From: Maribellus sp. CM-23 | GTDB lineage: Bacteria; Bacteroidota; Bacteroidia; Bacteroidales; Prolixibacteraceae | Direction of reading: 5' to 3' | DNA: 32,000 nucleotides | Assembly (NCBI RefSeq): GCF_021354595.1 | Contig: NZ_JADWYJ010000001.1 | Coordinates: 7,446-39,445, forward strand | Part shown: in pieces, positions 1-8,778 of the stretch | How positions within the stretch are numbered: the stretch's first letter is position 1 | Layout of the letters: each line of letters opens with the position of its first letter | Translations under genes and position numbers: made by a program | Notes under the pieces: generated by a model | Told to the model about the DNA's origin: nothing | The model's input: only the letters and a program-made list of their open reading frames with translations | Databases searched by the model: none

Positions 1-981
1 TACTTCCTTTCGGACTTCTTTTTCAGGATCGTTTAACACCGCACTGAAACTCGTTCCCTGGTAACTGTCGGGGGCATTTACCCCGGCAAGCTCAAGAATC
101 GTGGGTGCAATGTCCACAGCACTGATCAAACTCTCTGTTTTTTGCCCGCCTGTGGAAATATTTTCCGGCCAATACACCACAAAAGGTGTTTTCATGCCAC
201 TGTCATAAACCCTCGTTTTGCATCGTGGGAAAGGGCTTCCGTTGTCTGACATAACAATGATTACGGTATTTTCAAGAATGCCCTGCCGTTCCAATTCTTC
301 TCTTACTTTCCCCACGTAATAGTCGAACCGGGCTATTTCGTTGTAATAAGAAGCAATGTCCTGCCGGGTTTCTTCGGTGTCAGCAAAGTAAACCGGTACT
401 TCCACTTTCTGCGGATCAAAAGTTACCTGAAAAGTATCGGCTCCCCATGGCCGGTGTGCATCAAGTGAAGCCAGCCAAAAGAAAAAAGGTTTGTCTTTCG
501 GCCTTTCCCTGAGAAACTTCACCCAGTTCGCTTCACCGCCGTCTCCATTGTTGTAGCCGTTGTTATCCGTGTATCGGTCGAAGGCACGGTGTGTAAAATT
601 GCCTAAGTGCCACTTACCGGCGTGGGCGGTATAATATCCGTTTTGTTTTAACAACAAGGGAAAGGGGATCTCACTTTCAGGAAGCGGCGTATGCAACTCG
701 GCCGCCCCGTTCGAATGCGGATATTTCCCAGAAATAATGCTGCACCTGCTTGGGCTGCACGAACTGGCCGTTAAAAATGCATTGTTAAACTGCATTCCTT
801 CCTCTGCCAATCGATCGATATGAGGTGTTTTCACCACTTTATTTCCGTAGCATCCAATGTCATCCCAGCCAATGTCATCGGCAATTATAAAAACGAAATT
901 GGGTGATTCAGCAGCATATGCCGTACCGGCAAAAAGATAAAAACAGGTAATAAGCAGCACGTGTTTTACAAATGATCGCAT
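1..981 (-). CDS. Sulfatase (formylglycine-dependent arylsulfatase family), C-terminal part cut off by the window edge
   Basis: Absent from the supplied ORF track because no stop codon lies inside the window. The reverse complement from the ATG at 981..979 reads MRSFVKHVLLITCFYLFAGTAYA (signal peptide), then PNFVFIIADDIGWDD, TASSCSPSRCSIISGKYPH (C-x-P-x-R formylglycine motif) and SDNGSPFPRCK. The frame stays open to position 1. Confidence 0.85.
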   Translation of the reverse strand, partial: MRSFVKHVLLITCFYLFAGTAYAAESPNFVFIIADDIGWDDIGCYGNKVVKTPHIDRLAEEGMQFNNAFLTASSCSPSRCSIISGKYPHSNGAAELHTPLPESEIPFPLLLKQNGYYTAHAGKWHLGNFTHRAFDRYTDNNGYNNGDGGEANWVKFLRERPKDKPFFFWLASLDAHRPWGADTFQVTFDPQKVEVPVYFADTEETRQDIASYYNEIARFDYYVGKVREELERQGILENTVIIVMSDNGSPFPRCKTRVYDSGMKTPFVVYWPENISTGGQKTESLISAVDIAPTILELAGVNAPDSYQGTSFSAVLNDPEKEVRKEV

Positions 982-1333
982 CGTTCTATTGGTTTATATT
1001 GGTTACTGGTTTTGTAGCTCAAAACGTTGTTAAAGAATACGTCAGAGCTCTTTGAGCTACTAAATTAATGTTTTGTACAAATGTTGACTGACTTCTGCCC
1101 CATTATATTTCGGATATTCTGCCGTTTTCATGTCTTTTTGTTCCGCTTCATTTAAGCGAGAACTGTTCTCGGAAGGACGAATAAAACAAAACAAAGGACG
1201 CTTGGTAAACGAACAGACGATCCGTGTTATTTTTCTTCTTCACCTTGCTGAACAACACCTTTTTAACTGCTAAAAAATATTTTATTCCACCTTGATTTTC
1301 AGTAAATTTAAAAGAAACCATAATTAGCTAATC

Positions 1334-3613
1334 ATGCCGAAATTGCGTAAGATTGATGCACTCAACTACCATCAAAAAGACCGTCCGGGAAAAATTGAAG
1401 TGATCCCGACAAAACCTCACAGTACCCAATACGATTTATCTCTGGCCTACACTCCTGGGGTTGCCCAGCCCTGTCTGGAGATCAAAAAAGACATCGACAA
1501 CGTTTATAAGTACACGGCCAAAGGCAACCTGGTTGCGGTTGTCTCCAACGGAACAGCCGTATTGGGGTTAGGCGATATCGGCCCCGAAGCAGGCAAGCCG
1601 GTAATGGAAGGCAAAGGCTTGCTGTTTAAAATTTTTGCCGATGTGGATGTATTTGATATTGAGGTAAACGAAAAAGATCCGAAAAAACTGATTGAAGTGG
1701 TAAAAGCCATTGCCCCAACTTTTGGCGGAATCAACCTGGAGGATATTAAGGCACCCGAATGTTTTGAGATAGAAGCAGCCCTGAAAAAGGAGTTGAACAT
1801 TCCGGTTTTTCATGACGATCAACACGGAACGGCAATCATTTCGGCAGCTGGTTTACTAAACGCGCTCGAACTTGCCAAAAAAAACATCGGGGATATAAAA
1901 GTGGTGGTTAGCGGAGCAGGTGCTGCTGCTATTTCCTGCATTAAATTGTACATCAGCCTGGGGGTAAAACCCGAAAATGTGGTAATGACCGACAGCAAAG
2001 GAGTGCTCAACCGCCACCGGACCGGGCTTAATGCCAGCAAACAACAGTTTGTAACCACGCGCGAGCTTGACACCCTGGAAGATGCCATGAAAGGGGCAGA
2101 TGTTTTCCTAGGACTTTCAGTTGCCGATGTGGTTTCGAAGAAAATGATAAAATCGATGGCTCCGAATCCGATCGTTTTTGCCATGGCCAATCCCAACCCG
2201 GAAATCTCGTACGAAGATGCTACTTCGGTACGTGACGACATTATAATGGCTACCGGACGAAGCGATTACCCGAACCAAATCAACAACGTCCTTGGTTTTC
2301 CATTTATTTTCAGGGGAGCGCTAGACGTACGTGCAACCACCATCAACGAAGAAATGAAAATTGCTGCGGCGCGTGCACTCGCCAAACTGGCCAAGGAATA
2401 CGTACCCGAAATGGTGGCAAAAGCTTACAACCAACAAAACATTACTTTTGGGAAAGACTACATTATACCCAAACCGCTTGATCCGCGTCTGATCACCACG
2501 GTATCGACAGCTGTAGCCAATGCTGCCATGGAATCGGGTGTGGCCCGGAAACCAATCAAAAACTGGACAGTTTATAAACAGGAGCTCACCAACCGCCTGG
2601 GACTCGACAATAAACTGATCATGGCCATCCGCAACAAAGCCAGGCATGATCCCAAACGCGTGGTTTTTGCCGAAGCCAACAGTTTCCGCATCCTGAAAGC
2701 AGTTCAGTCTGTATTACGCGAAGGAATTGCCAAACCTATCCTGATCGGAAACACTGCGAAAATAAAGGCGTTGATCAAAGAAAACCAACTCGAAATCGAC
2801 AACATTCCGATCATTGATCTGCACGAAACGGTGACCGAGGAAAAACGCCATCAGTTTGCAAAAATTCTGTATGAAAAGCGCAAACGCAAAGGGATGACCT
2901 ACGAAGAAGCGCTCGAAAATATGTACAACCGCGATTATTTTGGCCCCATGATGGTGGAAACCGGTGAAGCAGATGCCTTTATCTCGGGGTTCTCGCGTAC
3001 TTACTCCAATACCATTCGTCCGGCGTTGCAGGTGGTTGGCGTGCGGGAAGATTTTAACCACATTGCGGGCATGTACATTATGCTCACCAGACGTGGCCCG
3101 TTGTTTTTGTCGGATACCACGGTAAACATGAATCCTTCGTCACAAGTATTGGCAGACACCACGGTTCTGACAGCCTGGGAAGTGAGGAGGTTTACCATCG
3201 AACCCAAAATTGCCCTGCTCTCCTACTCCAACTTTGGTGCTTACAAAGGCGAAGGTAGTCCGGTACGGGTAAAAGAAGCGGTAAAAATTCTCCACGAAAA
3301 ATATCCTGATCTGATTGTGGATGGTGAAATGCAGGCCAACTATGCACTGAACGGGAAACTGCGCTATTCACGCTATCCGTTTAACAAACTTGGCGCTGAA
3401 GATGCCAACACGCTGATTTTCCCCACCCTGAGTTCGGGCAATATCACTTACAAGATTCTTCAGTCGATCGGCCCTTGCGAAGCAGTTGGTCCTATTTTGA
3501 TGGGCATGAAAAAACCCATTCATATTTTGCAACGCGACAGCTCTGTCAGGGAAATCATTAACATGACTGCCATTGCAGTGATTGATGCACAATCGATGGA
3601 TACAGAAACTTAA
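1334..3613 (+). CDS. maeB: NADP-dependent malic enzyme (malic enzyme domain plus C-terminal phosphotransacetylase-like domain)
   Basis: 759-aa ORF. The N-terminus [20 protein letters not shown] is typical of MaeB. A Rossmann motif [12 protein letters not shown] is present. The length fits the two-domain MaeB architecture. Confidence 0.93.
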   Translation: MPKLRKIDALNYHQKDRPGKIEVIPTKPHSTQYDLSLAYTPGVAQPCLEIKKDIDNVYKYTAKGNLVAVVSNGTAVLGLGDIGPEAGKPVMEGKGLLFKIFADVDVFDIEVNEKDPKKLIEVVKAIAPTFGGINLEDIKAPECFEIEAALKKELNIPVFHDDQHGTAIISAAGLLNALELAKKNIGDIKVVVSGAGAAAISCIKLYISLGVKPENVVMTDSKGVLNRHRTGLNASKQQFVTTRELDTLEDAMKGADVFLGLSVADVVSKKMIKSMAPNPIVFAMANPNPEISYEDATSVRDDIIMATGRSDYPNQINNVLGFPFIFRGALDVRATTINEEMKIAAARALAKLAKEYVPEMVAKAYNQQNITFGKDYIIPKPLDPRLITTVSTAVANAAMESGVARKPIKNWTVYKQELTNRLGLDNKLIMAIRNKARHDPKRVVFAEANSFRILKAVQSVLREGIAKPILIGNTAKIKALIKENQLEIDNIPIIDLHETVTEEKRHQFAKILYEKRKRKGMTYEEALENMYNRDYFGPMMVETGEADAFISGFSRTYSNTIRPALQVVGVREDFNHIAGMYIMLTRRGPLFLSDTTVNMNPSSQVLADTTVLTAWEVRRFTIEPKIALLSYSNFGAYKGEGSPVRVKEAVKILHEKYPDLIVDGEMQANYALNGKLRYSRYPFNKLGAEDANTLIFPTLSSGNITYKILQSIGPCEAVGPILMGMKKPIHILQRDSSVREIINMTAIAVIDAQSMDTET

Positions 3614-4167
3614 AAACCAACGCCTACGCCAATGGTATAAAACGGCTCCCAGTCTTTGTACGGTGAGTTGTCATCCTGGATAACATCAAAAAGCAGCTGG
3701 GCATTTACCCAGGTGTTTTTTGATATGGGCTGGCTGAAGCCGCCTCCGACAAATAAAAACGGAACCCAATCCCGGTTGCTGTCACCCTGGTACGTTTGAA
3801 AGTCATAATTCATCATCGAGAATTCCATGTGGGCGTATACCTGCGGCACAAACCGGTAACGCGTAAACAGGCTGGCCCCGTAATTGGTGGCATTGTAATC
3901 GTAACTCCCCCTGTCGTATTTGAAGTATTCAAACGTTAACTGGCTGCCTACTGAAAACTGCGGCGTTACCTTGTACCCTACCAAGGGCGAAATCCCCACT
4001 TCGGTAACACTCCCAAATGTCAGGTTCAATCCTCCACCGTAATAAAACTTGGGTGGGGTGTAAGTTTCGGTTGACGACTCAGAACTTTCTTGCGCGGTGG
4101 TATTGTTTTGTCCATAAACCAAAGCAACGGTAGCTGCTATCACAAGGGTAAGAAATGCTTTCTTCAT
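3610..4167 (-). CDS. Outer-membrane beta-barrel (porin-family) protein
   Basis: Signal peptide [20 protein letters not shown]. Alternating aromatic/Gly-rich beta-strand pattern. The C-terminus ends ...YTIGVGVGF with a terminal Phe. The track start at 4191 adds 8 residues (MSSKKTET); I prefer the ATG at 4167. Confidence 0.7.
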   Translation of the reverse strand: MKKAFLTLVIAATVALVYGQNNTTAQESSESSTETYTPPKFYYGGGLNLTFGSVTEVGISPLVGYKVTPQFSVGSQLTFEYFKYDRGSYDYNATNYGASLFTRYRFVPQVYAHMEFSMMNYDFQTYQGDSNRDWVPFLFVGGGFSQPISKNTWVNAQLLFDVIQDDNSPYKDWEPFYTIGVGVGF

Positions 4168-4243
4168 GGTTTCTGTTTTTTTTGATGACATAAGATACGC
4201 AAAAATTAAGTATCCAAAATTCAGAATGTTGCACTTTTCACTT

Positions 4244-4251
4244 TATTTTTG
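4244..4251 (+). promoter_or_regulatory. Bacteroidota-type -7 promoter box TATTTTTG upstream of recR
   Basis: Exact match to TAnnTTTG, ending 4 nt before the recR ATG at 4256. No good -33 TTTG at canonical spacing. Confidence 0.4.
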
Positions 4252-4255
4252 GAGC

Positions 4256-4882
4256 ATGAACATCGATAAATATCCTTCCCGTTTACTGGAAAACGCGGTG
4301 AATGAATTTTCCAAACTACCCGGCATCGGGCGGAAAAGTGCGCTACGGCTGGTGCTGCACTTGTTACGGCAAGACACCGAACAGGTACATGCCTTTGGCA
4401 ACAGCCTCATCCAACTGCGCGACGAAATCAAACACTGCAAGGTTTGTCACAACATTTCGGACACCGAATTGTGCCAGATATGCAGCAATCCTTCGCGCAA
4501 TGCCAGTGTTATTTGTGTGGTGGAAAACATCCGCGATGTTATGTCGATCGAAAACACACAGCAATTCAACGGTTTGTATCATGTTCTGGGAGGAATCATT
4601 TCGCCGATGGACGGCATCGGCCCTTCTGACCTTGAAATAGATTCGCTGGTCGGTCGGGTGGCATCCGGAGAAGTGATCGAAATTATTCTGGCCTTGTCCA
4701 CGACGATGGAAGGCGATACCACCAACTTTTATATTTTCAGGAAGTTGAAGGATTTCGAAGTGCGGATTTCAACACTGGCGCGTGGTGTATCCATTGGCGA
4801 CGAACTCGAATACACCGATGAGATCACGCTCGGGCGTTCGCTGGTGAATCGTGTCCCCTACGAAAATTCGGTGGGAAGATAA
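4256..4882 (+). CDS. recR: Recombination protein RecR
   Basis: From the internal ATG the protein reads [37 protein letters not shown] (HhH motif). It has the C4 zinc finger [16 protein letters not shown] and a Toprim region [11 protein letters not shown]. The track's 30-residue N-terminal extension has no RecR similarity, and a -7 box lies just upstream of 4256. Confidence 0.92.
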   Translation: MNIDKYPSRLLENAVNEFSKLPGIGRKSALRLVLHLLRQDTEQVHAFGNSLIQLRDEIKHCKVCHNISDTELCQICSNPSRNASVICVVENIRDVMSIENTQQFNGLYHVLGGIISPMDGIGPSDLEIDSLVGRVASGEVIEIILALSTTMEGDTTNFYIFRKLKDFEVRISTLARGVSIGDELEYTDEITLGRSLVNRVPYENSVGR

Positions 4883-4930
4883 GTTTGGTATCAGATTTTG
4901 CCTGTTCTTCCGTTATCCAAAAGGAATGCC

Positions 4931-4938
4931 TACATTTG
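4931..4938 (+). promoter_or_regulatory. Bacteroidota-type -7 promoter box TACATTTG upstream of the GT2 fusion gene
   Basis: Exact TAnnTTTG match 23 nt upstream of the ATG at 4961. It lies so close to the track's TTG start at 4946 that the ATG at 4961 is favoured. Confidence 0.4.
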
Positions 4939-4960
4939 AGCATCTTTGACTGAACTGTGT

Positions 4961-6919
4961 ATGGATTTATCGGTCGTTATCGTCAACTACAATGTCAAAC
5001 ATTTTCTGGAACAGTGTCTGCACGCTGTGTTCCGGGCTGCCCGCAATGTCAGTATCGAGGTGTTTGTGGTCGATAATAATTCCGTTGACGGCTCCGCCGA
5101 ACTCATCCATGAGAAATTCCCCAATGTTCTTCTGATTGAAAATAAAAACAACGTTGGTTTTTCGAAGGCCAACAACCAGGCCATACGTCAGGCAAAAGGT
5201 AGGTACATTTTATTGCTGAACCCCGATACAGTAGTAGAGGAAAATACCTTTGAAAAAACGGTAGCCTTTATGGATCAGCACCCTGAAGCCGGCGGTTTGG
5301 GTGTAAAAATGATCGATGGAAAAGGAAACTTTCTGCCCGAATCAAAACGCGGATTACCTACGCCGTGGGTGGCGTTTTACAAAATGTTTGGTTTGTCAAA
5401 AGTATTTCCCAAATCCAGGAAATTTGGCAAGTACCACCTCTCCTACCTCAGCGAAAATGAAATTCACGAGGTAGATGTGCTGGCAGGCGCTTTTATGCTG
5501 ATGCGCAAGGAAACACTTGACAAAGTGGGCCTGCTCGACGAAACTTTTTTTATGTACGGCGAAGACATCGATCTTTCGTACCGGATTCAGCAGGGCGGTT
5601 ATAAAAATTACTATTTCCCGGAAACCACGATCATTCACTACAAAGGAGAAAGCACCAAAAAGGGATCGCTGAATTATGTAAAAGTGTTTTACAACGCGAT
5701 GGTGATTTTTGTGCGCAAACATTTTCCGGGAGGCAAAGCGGGTGTTTTTGCTTCGCTTATTCACCTGGCCATTTATTTCCGGGCGTTTCTGTCCATCGCA
5801 AAACGGATTGTTTCACGCCTCTTTTTCCCCCTGTTCGATGCGCTGCTTGTTTTCCTCGGGTTCTTTCTTATCACACCCGTTTGGGAAGAACTCCAGTTTC
5901 ACGAAGTAGATTATTACCCTCCTCTTTTTTTACAGGTTGTGGTGCCGGTTTACATCCTCTTCTTTTTACTGGGAATCGGATTTTCAGGAGGCTACAAAAA
6001 ACCGGTTAGTATTTACAAACTCGGGCGCGGAATTCTGTGGGGGCTTATTGCCATTTTGCTGGTATACTCGCTCGTAGATGAAGAGTACCGCTTTTCAAGA
6101 GCACTTATATTGTTGGGCTCCGTTTGGGCGGCCGTTTCGCTGTCAATGCTGCGTTTGTTGTTCCACTGGCTGAAACCGGGGGCATTTCGCTTAAATATCC
6201 AGCGCAACCGGAAAATGGCCATCGTCGGTCACCCAAAAGAAGCAGAAAGGGTGCAACACATTTTGGAAGAAACCCAACTGAATGCCCAACTGGCAGGCTA
6301 TATCGCCATCGACGACAACGATAAAGGCGCACAGTACCTCGGGCAAATCAGCCAGTTAAAGGAAATTATTCGTATTAACCGGATCGATGAACTTATTTTT
6401 TGTGCCGGAAACATTTCTTCTGCCGATATAATCAGGGCCATGCTCGATCTTACCGAGCTCGATGTGGATTACAAAATCGCTCCGCCCGAAAGTATCAGCA
6501 TCATCGGAAGTAATTCCATTCACACAGCCGGCGATTTATACGTGGTGAATGTAAACGCCATTTCAAAACCAGTAAATAAAAGAAAGAAACGAATGTTTGA
6601 TTTGGAAACCGCACTGCTTTTGCTGCTTTCCAGCCCCGTTCTTATTTGGTTTTTCAAAAACAAATCCCGTTTCATTAGCAACATTTGCAACGTTTTGGCA
6701 GGCAAAAAATCGTGGATTGGGTTTATCCCCGAAAAAGGAACCTTTGAGCACCTCCCGGCGTTAAAACAAGGTATATTGAATCCGGGGGATTTGTTTCCCG
6801 AGCTAAGGCTCGATCCCGAAAAATTTACCCGGCTGAACATGTTGTATGCAAAAGATTACCGTTTAGTTACGGATGCTGAAATTCTGTATAAATCCTGGAA
6901 AAAACTCGATCGACAATGA
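4961..6919 (+). CDS. Family 2 glycosyltransferase fused to a multi-TM, Rossmann-like, degenerate sugar-phosphotransferase (WbaP-like) module
   Basis: N-terminus LSVVIVNYNVKHFLEQCL...VVDNNSVDGS...LLLNPDTVV...YGEDIDLS is typical GT2. It is followed by several hydrophobic helices, a Rossmann-like segment MAIVGHPKEAERV...IDELIFCAG, then KRMFDLETALLLLLSSPVLIWFF and C-terminal motifs (GKKSWIGF, LKQGILNPGD, YAKDYRLVTDAEIL) that resemble the bacterial sugar transferase family. Confidence 0.75.
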   Translation: MDLSVVIVNYNVKHFLEQCLHAVFRAARNVSIEVFVVDNNSVDGSAELIHEKFPNVLLIENKNNVGFSKANNQAIRQAKGRYILLLNPDTVVEENTFEKTVAFMDQHPEAGGLGVKMIDGKGNFLPESKRGLPTPWVAFYKMFGLSKVFPKSRKFGKYHLSYLSENEIHEVDVLAGAFMLMRKETLDKVGLLDETFFMYGEDIDLSYRIQQGGYKNYYFPETTIIHYKGESTKKGSLNYVKVFYNAMVIFVRKHFPGGKAGVFASLIHLAIYFRAFLSIAKRIVSRLFFPLFDALLVFLGFFLITPVWEELQFHEVDYYPPLFLQVVVPVYILFFLLGIGFSGGYKKPVSIYKLGRGILWGLIAILLVYSLVDEEYRFSRALILLGSVWAAVSLSMLRLLFHWLKPGAFRLNIQRNRKMAIVGHPKEAERVQHILEETQLNAQLAGYIAIDDNDKGAQYLGQISQLKEIIRINRIDELIFCAGNISSADIIRAMLDLTELDVDYKIAPPESISIIGSNSIHTAGDLYVVNVNAISKPVNKRKKRMFDLETALLLLLSSPVLIWFFKNKSRFISNICNVLAGKKSWIGFIPEKGTFEHLPALKQGILNPGDLFPELRLDPEKFTRLNMLYAKDYRLVTDAEILYKSWKKLDRQ

Positions 6920-7443
6920 ACGCACTGCTCACATACGGAAAAATCAGTCTTCGCCCGCTGGAGCCCGAAGACATAGACCTGTTGTACCAATGGGAAAACA
7001 ACATCGAGATTTGGCAGGTGAGCAATACAAAAGCGCCGTTCTCAAAACATATTCTGGCGCAATACCTGGCCGAATCGGCCAAAGATATTTATGCCACCCG
7101 ACAGTTGCGACTGATCATTCAGGATGAAAACATGCATGCCGTTGGAGCGGTTGATCTTTTTGATTTTGAACCCTACCATTTGCGAGCCGGTGTCGGAATT
7201 TTGATCCACCAAACCGAAGACCGCGGTAAAGGATACGCCCACGATGCTTTGCTGGCTCTTTCTGTTTATGCGCTCGAAGTGCTTGGGCTAAAACAGTTGT
7301 ACGCCAACATTGCGGTCGACAATGCTGTCAGCATTCATCTTTTCGAAAAAGCCGGTTTTCAGCAATCGGGCATAAAAAAAGACTGGCTAAAAACCAGGAA
7401 TGGATGGAAAGATGAAATTCTTTTTCAGAAATTACTGTGCTGA
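6916..7443 (+). CDS. GNAT family N-acetyltransferase (RimJ/RimL-like)
   Basis: 175 aa. ISLRPLEPEDIDLLYQWENN start typical of this subfamily. Acetyl-CoA region ...DRGKGYAHDALLAL...NAVSIHLFEKAGF. The ATG overlaps the upstream stop codon (ATGA). Confidence 0.8.
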   Translation: MNALLTYGKISLRPLEPEDIDLLYQWENNIEIWQVSNTKAPFSKHILAQYLAESAKDIYATRQLRLIIQDENMHAVGAVDLFDFEPYHLRAGVGILIHQTEDRGKGYAHDALLALSVYALEVLGLKQLYANIAVDNAVSIHLFEKAGFQQSGIKKDWLKTRNGWKDEILFQKLLC

Positions 7444-7444
7444 T

Positions 7445-7894
7445 TTAAACAATGTTGAACTCAGGAATCTCGCGTAAAAACCGGTAGCTGTTATTTACAT
7501 AATCTATTTCGCAGGCAAAATGCTGCAATCCGTTTGAAACCACCACCTGTTCTACCCGCAACGCCATGTTGTACCGCACCACCTGGTCAAAGGTATCCTG
7601 GGTAATTTTCACATTCGGCGCTTTAAACTCCGCAATTAATTGAGCTTGTCCGCTTTTCGAATAAATCAACAGATCAAAGCGGCGGGATTTTCCGTTTACC
7701 ATAATCTGCTTTTCAACTGCCATGCGGTTTTCAGGATATTTTTTCTCGTTTTTCAGGTACTGAATAAAATTCTGCCGCACCCATTCCTCCGGTGTCAGCA
7801 CCACAAACTTTTTACGGATACCATCAAAAATCCAGCGTTTGCCGTCTTCTGTTTTGGTACGAAAAGTATAATCCGGTAAATTCAGCTTGTCCAT
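7445..7894 (-). CDS. HsdR N-terminal domain (PD-(D/E)xK-like) family protein, conserved small Bacteroidota protein of unknown role
   Basis: MDKLNLPDYTFR...IFDGIRKKFVVLTPEEWVRQNFIQYL...FDLLIY...IAEFKAPNVKITQDTFDQVVRYN matches the pattern I recognise for this ~150-aa family. The track start at 7915 adds 7 residues. Confidence 0.75.
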   Translation of the reverse strand: MDKLNLPDYTFRTKTEDGKRWIFDGIRKKFVVLTPEEWVRQNFIQYLKNEKKYPENRMAVEKQIMVNGKSRRFDLLIYSKSGQAQLIAEFKAPNVKITQDTFDQVVRYNMALRVEQVVVSNGLQHFACEIDYVNNSYRFLREIPEFNIV

Positions 7895-7916
7895 TTCAGT
7901 TTCTTTTGCACGCATT

Positions 7917-7947
7917 TTTGAAGGTGACGGCGAAAAATGTACATTTG
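7917..7947 (+). promoter_or_regulatory. Candidate promoter of the amn operon (-33 TTTG at 7917..7920, -7 TACATTTG at 7940..7947)
   Basis: Exact -7 consensus with a TTTG 19 nt upstream, lying 60 nt upstream of the amn ATG. Confidence 0.5.
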
Positions 7948-8006
7948 TGTCAACCTTTCAACCTTACCCATTTCAGATTGTTCAAAGGTAAAATATTTCA
8001 AATTGT

Positions 8007-8777
8007 ATGAAGACAAAAAAAGAAATCGTTGAAAACTGGCTTCCCCGGTATACAGGGAAAAGTCTGGAAGACATTGGACAATTTATTCTGTTAACCAATT
8101 TTCAGGATTATGTGGAAAAATTTGCCCGGAAGTTTGAAGTGCCGGTAGAAGGCGCCGATAAAAACATGCCGAGTGCCACTGCCGAAGGAATTACCATTAT
8201 TAATTTTGGAATGGGAAGCCCGAATGCAGCCACCATCATGGACCTTTTGAGCGCAATCCACCCCAAGGCCGTACTTTTCCTGGGAAAATGCGGCGGGTTA
8301 AAAAAGAAAAACCAACTGGGCGATCTTATTCTTCCGATTGCCGCCATACGACGCGAAGGTACCTCCGACGACTATCTTCCACCCGAAATTCCTGCCTTAC
8401 CGGCATTTAGCCTCGAAAGAGCGGTTTCGCACATTTTACGTAACCAGGGACAGGATTACTGGACCGGCGTGGTTACCACCATTAACCGCCGTGTGTGGGA
8501 GTTCGACAACCAGTTTAAAAAATACCTGAAGAAAACCCGCGCCATTGCGATTGATATGGAAACGGCCACCCTGTTTACAGTGGGTTTTGCCAATTCCATC
8601 CCAACCGGTGCGCTTTTGCTGGTGTCTGATCAGCCCATGATCTCGTCGGGAGTAAAAACCAGTGCCAGCGACCACAAGGTAACTTCGCAATTTGTGGAAA
8701 AACATATACAGGCAGGCATCGATGCACTGCTTGAAATCAAAAACAACGGACTTTCCGTGAAACACCTGAGATTTTAA
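8007..8777 (+). CDS. amn: AMP nucleosidase, short form (PNP/UDP phosphorylase fold)
   Basis: LLTNFQDYVEKFA, INFGMGSPNAATIMDLL, FLGKCGGL and AIAIDMETATLF match the catalytic C-terminal half of E. coli Amn as I recall it. Confidence 0.85.
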   Translation: MKTKKEIVENWLPRYTGKSLEDIGQFILLTNFQDYVEKFARKFEVPVEGADKNMPSATAEGITIINFGMGSPNAATIMDLLSAIHPKAVLFLGKCGGLKKKNQLGDLILPIAAIRREGTSDDYLPPEIPALPAFSLERAVSHILRNQGQDYWTGVVTTINRRVWEFDNQFKKYLKKTRAIAIDMETATLFTVGFANSIPTGALLLVSDQPMISSGVKTSASDHKVTSQFVEKHIQAGIDALLEIKNNGLSVKHLRF

Positions 8778-8778
8778 C

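Noticed and set aside
7445-8777. HsdR_N nuclease-fold protein beside a PNP-fold nucleosidase as a possible defence module with a nucleotide-depleting effector
   Set aside because: The nucleosidase aligns along its length with the housekeeping AMP nucleosidase catalytic domain and is the first gene of an operon with holA. The two genes are divergent. No sensor, kinase, cyclase or ATPase component is present.
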